From the IMG/VR virus record IMGVR_UViG_3300042907_001080, positions 62,001-126,000 of that record: a stretch of DNA of 64,000 nucleotides. One strand, 5' to 3'. The position numbers and the translations under genes were made by a program. The notes below the pieces were generated by a model. It saw nothing but the letters and a program-made list of their open reading frames with translations, was not told the DNA's origin and made no database searches. This document shows, one piece after another, positions 43,005 through 52,475 of the stretch. How positions within the stretch are numbered: the first letter of the stretch is position 1; each line of letters opens with the position of its first letter.

Positions 43005-44270
43005 ATGGCTCGTAAGACTTATCCCAACACGCCGGAAGAAGAAGCCGCTAGCATAAATGCGAAGAGCGGCAAGCCTGATAGCATCACCGCTGCACAAGTG
43101 TCCAACAATCGCGCACTTAATGAAAAATTAACAGCGGCATTTGGATTCGGCGGCGATAAAGCACCATCTTCGGGACCCGGCAGTAATCCTGTGGCTCCGT
43201 TTTCACAACTGGTAGCAGGTATTTCGGAAAACATCAGCCAAGCCACTAACGAAGGGCAAGCTGCCCTGCCAGACGCTACTTCTGTCATGGACAAACTCAA
43301 ACTTGACGACAAGGTTTCTGATCTATCTGGCGGATTTAAATCAGGATTAAACCAGTTAGCAGGAGGTGCAAAAAACTTCGGAGCCAGTGCTATGGGTGGT
43401 AACAATACCATACAAAGTGCTGTGGGAGGTGCAGTTGATAAGCTAAGAACAGTTGCAGGTTCGACGAGTAACATAGCAGCAGATATCTCCGGAACAATTA
43501 ACAAACTCACTGGTGGCAATCTTGCAGGCGGATTAATGAAAGCTGCCGGCGAAATCAGTGGAGCAGCAGGCATGCTCAACAATATACTTAGTCTCAAGCG
43601 AGGCATCAACATACCCAAAGGGGCAGAAGTGTTTGCACCACAAGGGCAGGCTATACAGTTGAAAGCAGGATCCAAGGATGATTGGCGAGTGCGTATAAAT
43701 TGTGAATGGAATACTTTTAATAGTCCGTTATTCGGAGTTCTCAAACAAACTGGCGGTGTGGTATGGCCATACATGCCTAACATCACTGTCAGCACCAAGG
43801 CAGAATACAATACTATACCTATAACTCATGCCAACTATTCTCAATACAGTTACAAAAACAGTGTGGTTGATGATATATCAATCAGCGGTGAGTTCAGTTG
43901 TGAAACTGCCACAGACGGCGCCTACTGGATAGCAGCAACTACATTTTTTAAGACAGCTACCAAGATGTTTTTTGGGCAAGGTGATCTTGCAGGTAATCCT
44001 CCTATTATTTGTAATCTCACAGGTTACGGTAGTCATGTGTTTGACAAGGTTCCTGTGATTATAAAATCATTCTCAGTGGATTTCAAAGACGATGTAAACT
44101 ACATCAAATGTGATCCTTTTCAGAACGGCAAATACACTTGGGTGCCTGTGTTGAGCACAATAACAGTGCAAGTAGCGCCTGTATACAGCAGACAAGGACT
44201 GAGAAAATTTAGCTTACAAGACTATGCTAGAGGCAAAATGTCCGGTGAAGGCCAAGTAGGATATATCTAA
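43005..44270 (+). CDS. baseplate/tail-tube initiator-like protein (gp48/gp54-like C-terminal domain)
   Basis: DWRVR, GVVWPY.P.I, THANY...Y.NS.V..ISI.G.F, GNPP.I..L.GYG..VF..VPV.I.SF; low-complexity N-terminal half. Confidence 0.6.
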   Translation: MARKTYPNTPEEEAASINAKSGKPDSITAAQVSNNRALNEKLTAAFGFGGDKAPSSGPGSNPVAPFSQLVAGISENISQATNEGQAALPDATSVMDKLKLDDKVSDLSGGFKSGLNQLAGGAKNFGASAMGGNNTIQSAVGGAVDKLRTVAGSTSNIAADISGTINKLTGGNLAGGLMKAAGEISGAAGMLNNILSLKRGINIPKGAEVFAPQGQAIQLKAGSKDDWRVRINCEWNTFNSPLFGVLKQTGGVVWPYMPNITVSTKAEYNTIPITHANYSQYSYKNSVVDDISISGEFSCETATDGAYWIAATTFFKTATKMFFGQGDLAGNPPIICNLTGYGSHVFDKVPVIIKSFSVDFKDDVNYIKCDPFQNGKYTWVPVLSTITVQVAPVYSRQGLRKFSLQDYARGKMSGEGQVGYI

Positions 44271-44569
44271 TGGCAAAATACTCTAAAACCAGTCCCTGGT
44301 CTGATACTAGGCAGAATAATTTTTATCTCGATCTCTTAGAGATTAGACCAGTGCCAGCCGAAGCAGATGATTTTCGATATGTGATTGAAAACCAATACAG
44401 GCATCGACCCGACCTTTTGGCCTATGACGTATATGGCAATGCCAAACTATGGTGGGTGTTTGTACAAAGAAACATGAGCGTTATCAAAGACCCTATATAC
44501 GATTTTGAGCCAGGAACTGTGATATACTTGCCAAAAAAAACAAACCTTGCAAAGTTTCTAGGAGTATAA
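44270..44569 (+). CDS. baseplate wedge protein (gp53/LysM-like)
   Basis: Y..RPDLLAYD.YG...LWWVF..RN......P..DF..G..I.LP. Confidence 0.8.
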   Translation: MAKYSKTSPWSDTRQNNFYLDLLEIRPVPAEADDFRYVIENQYRHRPDLLAYDVYGNAKLWWVFVQRNMSVIKDPIYDFEPGTVIYLPKKTNLAKFLGV

Positions 44570-46978
44570 ATGGTCGCTAGATTTTTAGCCAACGCTATAG
44601 AACAGTTTAAACCAGACGGCACCCGGGCTATTGCAGAATTTACCAACAGCAATCTTGCCATAGGCAATGCTGTGAGAACGACCCTTGAAGTTCCAGCACG
44701 AGCCTCTGACATGCTGGAAAATGGTAAATCTAATCAGGAAACAAAAACAAACACCACAGCTGCATCGGCTAAGAAAAATCTACCTGCATTAGTTCGTAAT
44801 CCCATGGAAGTGTTTGCCAGTAATAATGTGTTGTGGACATTGGCATGTTTGACTCCGCAGCAGTTTAACGATCCTAAAACTTATAGAGATAATCCGTCAG
44901 CATTGAAAAATTTAGTGTTTTCATCTGCAGGACGATTCGACGCAGACAGAGTGGCGACATTTTTTGGCAGTCCGGAATACTACATCAACAACTTTGTAAT
45001 GCAGACAGTGATAGGAGCCAATGAAGCCACAGGCAACAGCAATGCTGTTAAATTTTCATTTGATATAATTGAACCGCATTCTATGGGACTGTTGTTACAA
45101 AGCATGCAGAATGCCGCAGTAAAAGCAGGATATCTTAGTTACCTAGACAACGCACCATTTGTATTGCGGATGGATATTCAGGGATTTAATGAACTAGGAC
45201 AAAATTTGTCTCAGATAAAACCCAAGTATTTTGTAATGAAACTGTCGTCTACTAAGTTTACAGTCAATGAAGGCGGTAGTGTATATAAAGTAGAAGCAAT
45301 TCCATATAATCATCAAGGATTTTCTGATGCTATCAACACCACTTATAGTGATGTAAAAATATTTGCCAGCGGCAAAGGTCATGTATTTGATTTGTTGTCG
45401 GGCAGCGAGGGCAGTCTTGTAGCATATCTCAACAAGAATGAAGACAAATTAAAGGCCGAAGGAAAGATCACCGAAAAAGATGAATATGTCATCCAGTTTC
45501 CTATACTGTCCAGTGACTGGCAAAGTTCAGCAGGCAATCAATCAGAAGTTAAAAAGGCAACGGTAAATCCATCCGAAGGAGCCTCTACTAAATCAGCAGT
45601 GCAAAGCTCTATGATTAAAACAGATCCTCAGCTACTGGATCAGAACAACATAGCCTCTGCAAGTTTGGGATTTGATCAAAGTTCTGGCGGTCGTGCAGTT
45701 TTCAAGCGAGCTGGTGATCAATACGATGAAAAAACAGGTGTGTTAAAAAGAGAAGGCATGACCATAGATCCAAAAACTCGAGCCTTTCAATTTGGACAGA
45801 GTCAGTCATTGACAGCAATTATTAATCAAGTGATCCTCAGTTCGGAATATGCCACCGAAGCCTTAGAACCTAAATTTCTAACACCGCAGGGATTTATCAA
45901 GTGGTTTAAACTAGATGTGCAAATAGAGCTGTTGAAATTTGATGTTATCACAGGCGATTATGCAAAAAAGATCACTTACAGGGTAGTGCCATATCTAGTG
46001 CATCAAAGCATATTTGCCAACGCCACATCCGCACCGGTGGGTTATGCGGAACTAATGAAAGATGTAGTCAAAGAATACCAATACATCTACACCGGACAAA
46101 ATGTAGATATTCTTAGTTTCAGTATTGACATCAATAATTTATTCTATGCAGGAGCAAATCCTAAACCAGAAGCTGATGCCGCTAAAACTTCCACACAAGA
46201 TCAAAACGCAGCTGAAACAAAGAATTCTTCTACTAAAACAGGTAAAGGACAAGCTGCGGAAGTGCAGTCTGCACAAACCGGTAGAGCTAGACCAAAACGT
46301 GATCCTAGACTATTGAAAGGATTCAAAGGCGGTTCTGAATACAAAACTGTTGAACAAAACGTTGCAGAGAATTTTCAAGAAGCGTTTATCAGTGGCAGCA
46401 GTGCTGACATGGTCACGGTAAATCTTGAAATACTTGGTGATCCTTATTGGTTGATAGATTCGGGAATGAGTAACTATTTTGTAGGAGCCGCTTCGCCCAC
46501 AGCACAGATAACAGACGATGGCACTATGAACTATGAAAGCGGCAACGTCTATATCTATATGACATTCAGAACTCCAGCTGATGTGAACACATTAACTGGT
46601 CTATACGATTTTTCAATAGCAGGAAAGGAAAGCCCTTTTGGCGGTATATATAGAGTTGTCAGCTGCGAAAATCAATTCAATGATGGAAATTGGAAACAGA
46701 AATTGAAATGTATTAGAATGCCAGGCCCACAAGGACCGGAAGTCAACGAAACTATTACCGGAGACAAAGCATCAGTGGTAGACAAAGCAGATGTGCCAGC
46801 GGTAGAAATAGGCGACAAAGAACCGCCAAAAACATCATTGGTTGACAGCAGTGCTTCTAGCTCTACAGTTGGAGCTGACACTGCATCCTCTAGCACAGGC
46901 GCTCAACCAACCACTACATCTAATCAACCCCAACGAAGAGTGGGCTTTAGATATTATCGAGATCTAGGACAAAATTAA
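44570..46978 (+). CDS. baseplate hub protein (gp27/late-control-D-like)
   Basis: F.I.EP...GL, K.Y.YIYTG.N.DIL, L.ILGDPYW, GIY.V....N.F..G...Q.L...R; sits just before gp5. Confidence 0.6.
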   Translation: MVARFLANAIEQFKPDGTRAIAEFTNSNLAIGNAVRTTLEVPARASDMLENGKSNQETKTNTTAASAKKNLPALVRNPMEVFASNNVLWTLACLTPQQFNDPKTYRDNPSALKNLVFSSAGRFDADRVATFFGSPEYYINNFVMQTVIGANEATGNSNAVKFSFDIIEPHSMGLLLQSMQNAAVKAGYLSYLDNAPFVLRMDIQGFNELGQNLSQIKPKYFVMKLSSTKFTVNEGGSVYKVEAIPYNHQGFSDAINTTYSDVKIFASGKGHVFDLLSGSEGSLVAYLNKNEDKLKAEGKITEKDEYVIQFPILSSDWQSSAGNQSEVKKATVNPSEGASTKSAVQSSMIKTDPQLLDQNNIASASLGFDQSSGGRAVFKRAGDQYDEKTGVLKREGMTIDPKTRAFQFGQSQSLTAIINQVILSSEYATEALEPKFLTPQGFIKWFKLDVQIELLKFDVITGDYAKKITYRVVPYLVHQSIFANATSAPVGYAELMKDVVKEYQYIYTGQNVDILSFSIDINNLFYAGANPKPEADAAKTSTQDQNAAETKNSSTKTGKGQAAEVQSAQTGRARPKRDPRLLKGFKGGSEYKTVEQNVAENFQEAFISGSSADMVTVNLEILGDPYWLIDSGMSNYFVGAASPTAQITDDGTMNYESGNVYIYMTFRTPADVNTLTGLYDFSIAGKESPFGGIYRVVSCENQFNDGNWKQKLKCIRMPGPQGPEVNETITGDKASVVDKADVPAVEIGDKEPPKTSLVDSSASSSTVGADTASSSTGAQPTTTSNQPQRRVGFRYYRDLGQN

Positions 46979-48573
46979 TGGCAGAATTATCAAGACCGTC
47001 AGTTGATGATGAAGGCAGAAGCGGTGGGTTAACCACGGGCATATACATCGCCCGAGTTATCAGTCATCTTGACCCTTCCTTCATGGGATCTATCGAAGTT
47101 ACCTTATTGAAAGATCAGTCAAACGCATCAGGTGACGACAGTCAAACTTTTATTGTGAAATACGCATCGCCGTTTTTCGGTTATACTCCATTTGAATTCA
47201 TGGGAAACAACGATGGATCAAAGTCAACCATTGACGGGTTCAGCGACACACAGAAATCATACGGCATGTGGTTTGTACCGCCGGATGTTGGTGTTAATGT
47301 GTTGGTATTGTTTGTCAATGGCGATCCTGCAGCAGGTTATTGGTTTGCCTGCGTACCTGGCATCAACATCAATCACATGGTACCAGCCATAGCTAGCAGC
47401 ACTGTAAACAGTTTAGATGCTGAAGATAAAAAAAGATATGGTAATACTACCTTGCCCTTGCCTGTGGCTGAAATCAACAAACGCATCAATGGCGACACGC
47501 AGGAAATTGATCCAGAAAAATATCCCAGAGTAGTCCATCCTATAGCAGATAGATTTCTCGAACAAGGTTTGTTAGAAGATGATGTCAGGGGATTCAATAC
47601 AAGTTCACCGAGGCGAGAAGCTCCTAGCATGGTGTTTGGTATATCTACTCCAGGTCCGCTTGATCGCAGAACCAGTGCTAAAAAACAACAAATAGGCAAA
47701 TCAGACAGTCAGGCCACTGTGCCAGTGAGTAGATTAGGTGGCACACAGTTGGTCATGGATGACGGCAATGATAGATTTCACAGAGAAAAATCTGCTGCAG
47801 AAGGTCCAGTGAAATACATCGATCTTTTAGATCCTACTAATCAGAAAAAAGGTGATACAGGATCTGCAACGATCCCTGCTAGTGAATATTTTAGAGTAAG
47901 AACAAGAACTGGGCATCAGATCCTGATGCACAACTCAGAAGATCTAATCTATATTGCTAATGCTCGTGGCACAGCATGGATAGAACTTACCAGCAACGGT
48001 AAGATCGATGTCTATGCACAAGACAGCATCAGTGTGCATACACAGCAAGATCTCAACATACGTGCTGCTCGAGATATAAATCTAGAAGCAGGTAGAAATA
48101 TCAATATGAGAACTGAATCGGGTAAGTGGCACGTAGAAATTGCCACAGACATGGAATTTTTAATCAACAATGATTCTAAACTCACAGTGGGTGCTAACCT
48201 AGATATATTAGTCGGAGCCAAGACTAAAATATCCACCAACAACGATCTAGATATTGCATCCGGAGCAGAAACTAAAATTAGCTCCACTTCAGATATCAAT
48301 TTAGGTAGTGGCGCAGAAGTCAAAGTCAACGGTACTAAAATATTTTTTAACGGTCCTACAAACGCAGAAACTGCCGAGGCTGCTGACTTTGTAAGACCCT
48401 ATGATCTCAGAGACAATTTAGCCACTAGCACTACAGCAGGTTGGGACAAGCGTTACCAAGCTGGCATTGTAAAAAGCTTCATGAAACGCATACCCATGCA
48501 TGAGCCTTGGGCCTTGCATGAACATAGAGCACCGCAATTATTAACTCCAGATAAAACTGACAGGGACACCTAA
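46978..48573 (+). CDS. gp5: baseplate central spike (gp5/VgrG-like), no lysozyme domain seen
   Basis: OB-fold DP..MG...V, SYGMWFVPPDVG..VLV.F; RTRTGHQILM; beta-helix repeats; His-rich tip PMHEPWALHEH. Confidence 0.75.
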   Translation: MAELSRPSVDDEGRSGGLTTGIYIARVISHLDPSFMGSIEVTLLKDQSNASGDDSQTFIVKYASPFFGYTPFEFMGNNDGSKSTIDGFSDTQKSYGMWFVPPDVGVNVLVLFVNGDPAAGYWFACVPGININHMVPAIASSTVNSLDAEDKKRYGNTTLPLPVAEINKRINGDTQEIDPEKYPRVVHPIADRFLEQGLLEDDVRGFNTSSPRREAPSMVFGISTPGPLDRRTSAKKQQIGKSDSQATVPVSRLGGTQLVMDDGNDRFHREKSAAEGPVKYIDLLDPTNQKKGDTGSATIPASEYFRVRTRTGHQILMHNSEDLIYIANARGTAWIELTSNGKIDVYAQDSISVHTQQDLNIRAARDINLEAGRNINMRTESGKWHVEIATDMEFLINNDSKLTVGANLDILVGAKTKISTNNDLDIASGAETKISSTSDINLGSGAEVKVNGTKIFFNGPTNAETAEAADFVRPYDLRDNLATSTTAGWDKRYQAGIVKSFMKRIPMHEPWALHEHRAPQLLTPDKTDRDT

Positions 48574-48576
48574 AAC

Positions 48577-49014
48577 ATGGCCACAAGACTATACAACCAA
48601 CAAACAGCAGCGCAGCGTTCTGCTACGGTAACGCAGAATCAAGGTCAGTTCACCTATAAAGGATTCAGCTCTACTGAAGCTAATAAGAACTTTAAGCTAT
48701 ACGATATCAATCTTGTCAAGCAGGATTTGATCAATCATTTTTATATTCGCAAAGGCGAAAAACTGGAAAATCCGGAATTCGGCACAGTGATCTGGGACAT
48801 GCTGTTTGAACCATTTACTCCTGATGTCAAAGAAATCATAGCCAAGGACGTAGAAGCCATCATCAACTATGATCCGAGATTTGCAGTCACTGAAATCAAC
48901 ATAGACAGCACAGATCAAGGCATGCGTATTCAAGCAGATTTGGTGTATATTCCGTTTAACATCAATGAACGTATGACCTTGAACTTTGACAAAAACAACA
49001 GTGTGATTAACTAA
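48577..49014 (+). CDS. gp25: baseplate wedge subunit (gp25-like)
   Basis: YKGFS, D..LVKQDL.NHF.IRKGE...NP.FGT.IW..LFEP, YDPR. Confidence 0.9.
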   Translation: MATRLYNQQTAAQRSATVTQNQGQFTYKGFSSTEANKNFKLYDINLVKQDLINHFYIRKGEKLENPEFGTVIWDMLFEPFTPDVKEIIAKDVEAIINYDPRFAVTEINIDSTDQGMRIQADLVYIPFNINERMTLNFDKNNSVIN

Positions 49015-49043
49015 GCAGTTTATTTTTAAGGGTAAATATTGGT

Positions 49044-52000
49044 ATGACTACAACTAGCAGACAAAACAATCTCATACTGAATCAAGATTGGACCAGGATA
49101 TATCAGACCTTTAAAAACGCGGATTTCCGCAGCTACGACTTTGAAAATCTGCGCAGGGTTATTATCACATACCTACGTGAAAACTACCCAGAAGATTTCA
49201 ACGACTATATAGAATCATCAGAATACATGGCATTGATAGATGCCGTAGCGTTCTTGGGCCAGAGCCTAGCATTCCGCATAGATCTTGCCAGCCGTGAAAA
49301 CTTTATTGAACTAGCGGAGACCAAAGAAAGTGTGCTGCGTATTGCTCGCATGCTCAGTTACAATGCCAAACGCACAGCAGCCGCCAGCGGACTTTTAAAA
49401 TTTGTTTCAGTATCTACCACTGATACTATCGTCGACAGTAATGGCAAGAATCTTGCCCAACAGTTGATAACCTGGAACGACCCTACCAATACCAACTGGT
49501 TAGAACAATTTCTCACTGTGTTGAACAGTGCTATGGCCGACAACACAGAATTTGGTCGCAGCCAAGGTTCTGCTACCATCCAAGGAATTCCCACAGAGCA
49601 ATATAGATTCCGAACTGTGGGCACAGATGTACCTTTGTTCTCGTTTACCAAGACTGTGGCCAGTAGAAGTGTAAATTTTGAAATAGTCAGCACATCTTTC
49701 AAGAACAGTGAAAATATCTATGAAGAGCCTCCAGTTCCGGGTAACCAATTGGGATTTATATATAAAAATGATGGATCTGGACCAGGCAGTGCTAACACAG
49801 GATTTTTTATACAGTTCAAGCAAGGTAGTTTGGAACTAGCAGATTTTTCTATAGATGTACCAACTACCAACGAAAAAATTGCAGTAGACGCAGGTAATAT
49901 CAATAATGACGATGTGTGGTTATTTTCTCTTAATTCGCAAGGTGCCCAACTGGAAGAATGGACCAAAGTATCATCGTTAGTAGGTAATAATATTGCATAT
50001 AACAGTGTAACACAAGACATACGCAACATATATGCTATCAACACCAAAGAAAATGACAACATAGATCTCGTATTCGCAGACGGCGTTTACGGAAATCTAC
50101 CGCAAGGAGCATTTAGGGTATTTTATAGAACCAGCAATGGTCTATCCTATACCATATATCCCAACGAATTAAGAGGTATTAACATTTCTGTATTATACAG
50201 AAACAAAAATAATGTTGAGCATACACTTACTATAGGGTTGGCTTTACAGAGCACTGTAGCAAACTCAGCAGCATCGGAAGACATAGACACCATCCGAGCA
50301 AATGCGCCAGCAGTGTATTACACTCAGAATAGAATGATCACTGCAGAAGATTATAATCTTGCTCCGTTGTTAGGATCGCAAAACATTGTAAAAATAAAAT
50401 CAGTCAACAGAACCAGCAGCGGCATCAGCAGAAATTTTGACATCATTGATGCCACGGGAAAATACAGCAGTATAAACGTATTTGGTGATGACGGATATCT
50501 TTATAAACAAGAAGACGAATCGGTATTGTCATTTAAATTTACCAGTAGAATAGACATCATTAACTTTCTTAGACGCAGCATAGAACCAGTTTTTACTGAC
50601 GCAGAAATTTACAATTTTTATTTTACCAAGTTTGATAAAATACTTTTCACAGATACCAACACAGTGTGGCAGTCTATTTCCACAGCAACCAGCACAGGCT
50701 ATTTTAAAAATGTGGTAGATAACTCACAATTGTTGGTAGGTGCATATTCAACAAGTAACTTAAAATATGTGTTGACTAACGCAGCTGTGAAATTTACAGC
50801 CCCCGCAGGCAGTAGATTTAAAAAAGGAAAAATTGTTCCAGCTGATGCCAATGACGCAGATCAAACAGACTATATCTGGGCGAAAATTATCAAAGTTTCC
50901 GGCGACGGCCGCTATGTCAAAGGTCTCGGTCCTATATTATTGAATATTGTAGTGCCAACAGGTGCAATTGCTACACGAATACTGCCAAGATTTGTCAATG
51001 ATTTACCTACGGCATTAGAAACAGAAATAGTTAATCAAGTTTTTGAAAATCAAAATTTTGGTTTGCGTTATGAATCTTCTGAATCGCAGTGGAAATTAGT
51101 GACCAGTAACAATTTGAATCTTATAGATGATTTTATTCTTGGCAAGGCCGGAGATACCACAAACACAAATATAGATAGTTCTTGGATTGTGGCATTTGTC
51201 AAACAACCCGATAGTTACACAGTGAGAATTAGAAAGCTTGGTTATATTTTTGGTAGTGTCAATCAGAATAGATTTTACTTTGACTCAAATGAAAAACGTT
51301 ACAATGATCAATTAGGGGTAGTAGTAAAAGATCAAATCAAGGTTCTAGGAGTCAATACTGGCAAAGATTTTGTCACACAGCTGATTCAAGATTTTCCTTT
51401 TGAAATCAGCGATACAATAAAGTTCAGTGACGGCTATGAAAGCACTAGTGAAATCAAACTAAGTTTTAGAGACTCCGACGATGACGGCGTTATAGATAAT
51501 CCTGAAGCATTTGAAAATATAGTAGGTGTTGATACGGATTTAAATTTTTTATTTTTCCAAGCTACTAACGATATCTACGGTAACAGAATCAGCACACTAA
51601 TTGATAACTCTACAGATTTCATATTAATCAGAGACAAACAAGACAATATAGATTTTACAGATGTGTTATCATATCCTGATCAACAATTGATTTATTTTTA
51701 TGACATTGGTGAAAATGTGATTAAACGAGTAAATCGAACAACTAATATCCTAGATATCGCTAGTGAATATTCTGCAGTTGTGGGTAGGAGAAATCTCAAG
51801 TTTCAATATATACATAACGCCAGCGTTGATAGAAGAATAGATCCTTCCTCTAGCAACATTATTGATATCTATCTGTTAATTAGAAGTTATGATGAAAGTT
51901 ACAGAATATATCTTGCAGGCGGCACTGATATAGAACCAGTAGCACCGACCAGCGAGATTCTAAGAACCACATTTGGATCTGCGTTATCTTCGATAAAAAG

Positions 52001-52475
52001 CATCAGTGATGATATAATATATCATCCTGTAAAATATAAAGTGCTGTTCGGGGCCAAGGCTGATCCTGCATTTCAGGCCGTGTTCAAGATTGTAAAAAAT
52101 CAAAATCTGTCTATCAACGACAACGATCTCAAGGTAAGAATCATTTCAGCTATCAATAATTTCTTTGATATCAACAATTGGGATTTTGGAGACAGATTCT
52201 ATATGGGCGAACTTACCACGTATATTTTAAATACTGTAGCTCCGGACCTAGCAAATATTGTGATCATTCCAAGACAAACAAGTCAGGCATTTGGCAGTCT
52301 TTTTGAAATACAAAGCAATCCTGATGAAATTTTAATTAGCGCAGCCACAGTTGATGACATAGAAATTGTATCTGCGATTACGGCTGCTGAAATAGGTATA
52401 AGAACAAACACAAGTGTGCAATCTGAAAATGAACAAGTTACAACATACCAGACTAGTAGCGGAGGATACGTTTAA
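49044..52475 (+). CDS. gp6: baseplate wedge protein (gp6-like, extended)
   Basis: DF.SYDFE.LR, F.D..ESSE...L.D, ENF...A....SV...A..L.Y, F.DG..G..P, IRANAP..YYTQNR..T.EDY. Confidence 0.88.
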   Translation: MTTTSRQNNLILNQDWTRIYQTFKNADFRSYDFENLRRVIITYLRENYPEDFNDYIESSEYMALIDAVAFLGQSLAFRIDLASRENFIELAETKESVLRIARMLSYNAKRTAAASGLLKFVSVSTTDTIVDSNGKNLAQQLITWNDPTNTNWLEQFLTVLNSAMADNTEFGRSQGSATIQGIPTEQYRFRTVGTDVPLFSFTKTVASRSVNFEIVSTSFKNSENIYEEPPVPGNQLGFIYKNDGSGPGSANTGFFIQFKQGSLELADFSIDVPTTNEKIAVDAGNINNDDVWLFSLNSQGAQLEEWTKVSSLVGNNIAYNSVTQDIRNIYAINTKENDNIDLVFADGVYGNLPQGAFRVFYRTSNGLSYTIYPNELRGINISVLYRNKNNVEHTLTIGLALQSTVANSAASEDIDTIRANAPAVYYTQNRMITAEDYNLAPLLGSQNIVKIKSVNRTSSGISRNFDIIDATGKYSSINVFGDDGYLYKQEDESVLSFKFTSRIDIINFLRRSIEPVFTDAEIYNFYFTKFDKILFTDTNTVWQSISTATSTGYFKNVVDNSQLLVGAYSTSNLKYVLTNAAVKFTAPAGSRFKKGKIVPADANDADQTDYIWAKIIKVSGDGRYVKGLGPILLNIVVPTGAIATRILPRFVNDLPTALETEIVNQVFENQNFGLRYESSESQWKLVTSNNLNLIDDFILGKAGDTTNTNIDSSWIVAFVKQPDSYTVRIRKLGYIFGSVNQNRFYFDSNEKRYNDQLGVVVKDQIKVLGVNTGKDFVTQLIQDFPFEISDTIKFSDGYESTSEIKLSFRDSDDDGVIDNPEAFENIVGVDTDLNFLFFQATNDIYGNRISTLIDNSTDFILIRDKQDNIDFTDVLSYPDQQLIYFYDIGENVIKRVNRTTNILDIASEYSAVVGRRNLKFQYIHNASVDRRIDPSSSNIIDIYLLIRSYDESYRIYLAGGTDIEPVAPTSEILRTTFGSALSSIKSISDDIIYHPVKYKVLFGAKADPAFQAVFKIVKNQNLSINDNDLKVRIISAINNFFDINNWDFGDRFYMGELTTYILNTVAPDLANIVIIPRQTSQAFGSLFEIQSNPDEILISAATVDDIEIVSAITAAEIGIRTNTSVQSENEQVTTYQTSSGGYV

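Noticed and set aside
43019-43810. 263-aa antisense ORF (likewise 15167..15961 and other short overlaps in the track)
   Set aside because: Shadow ORFs opposite well-supported genes, explained by codon bias.
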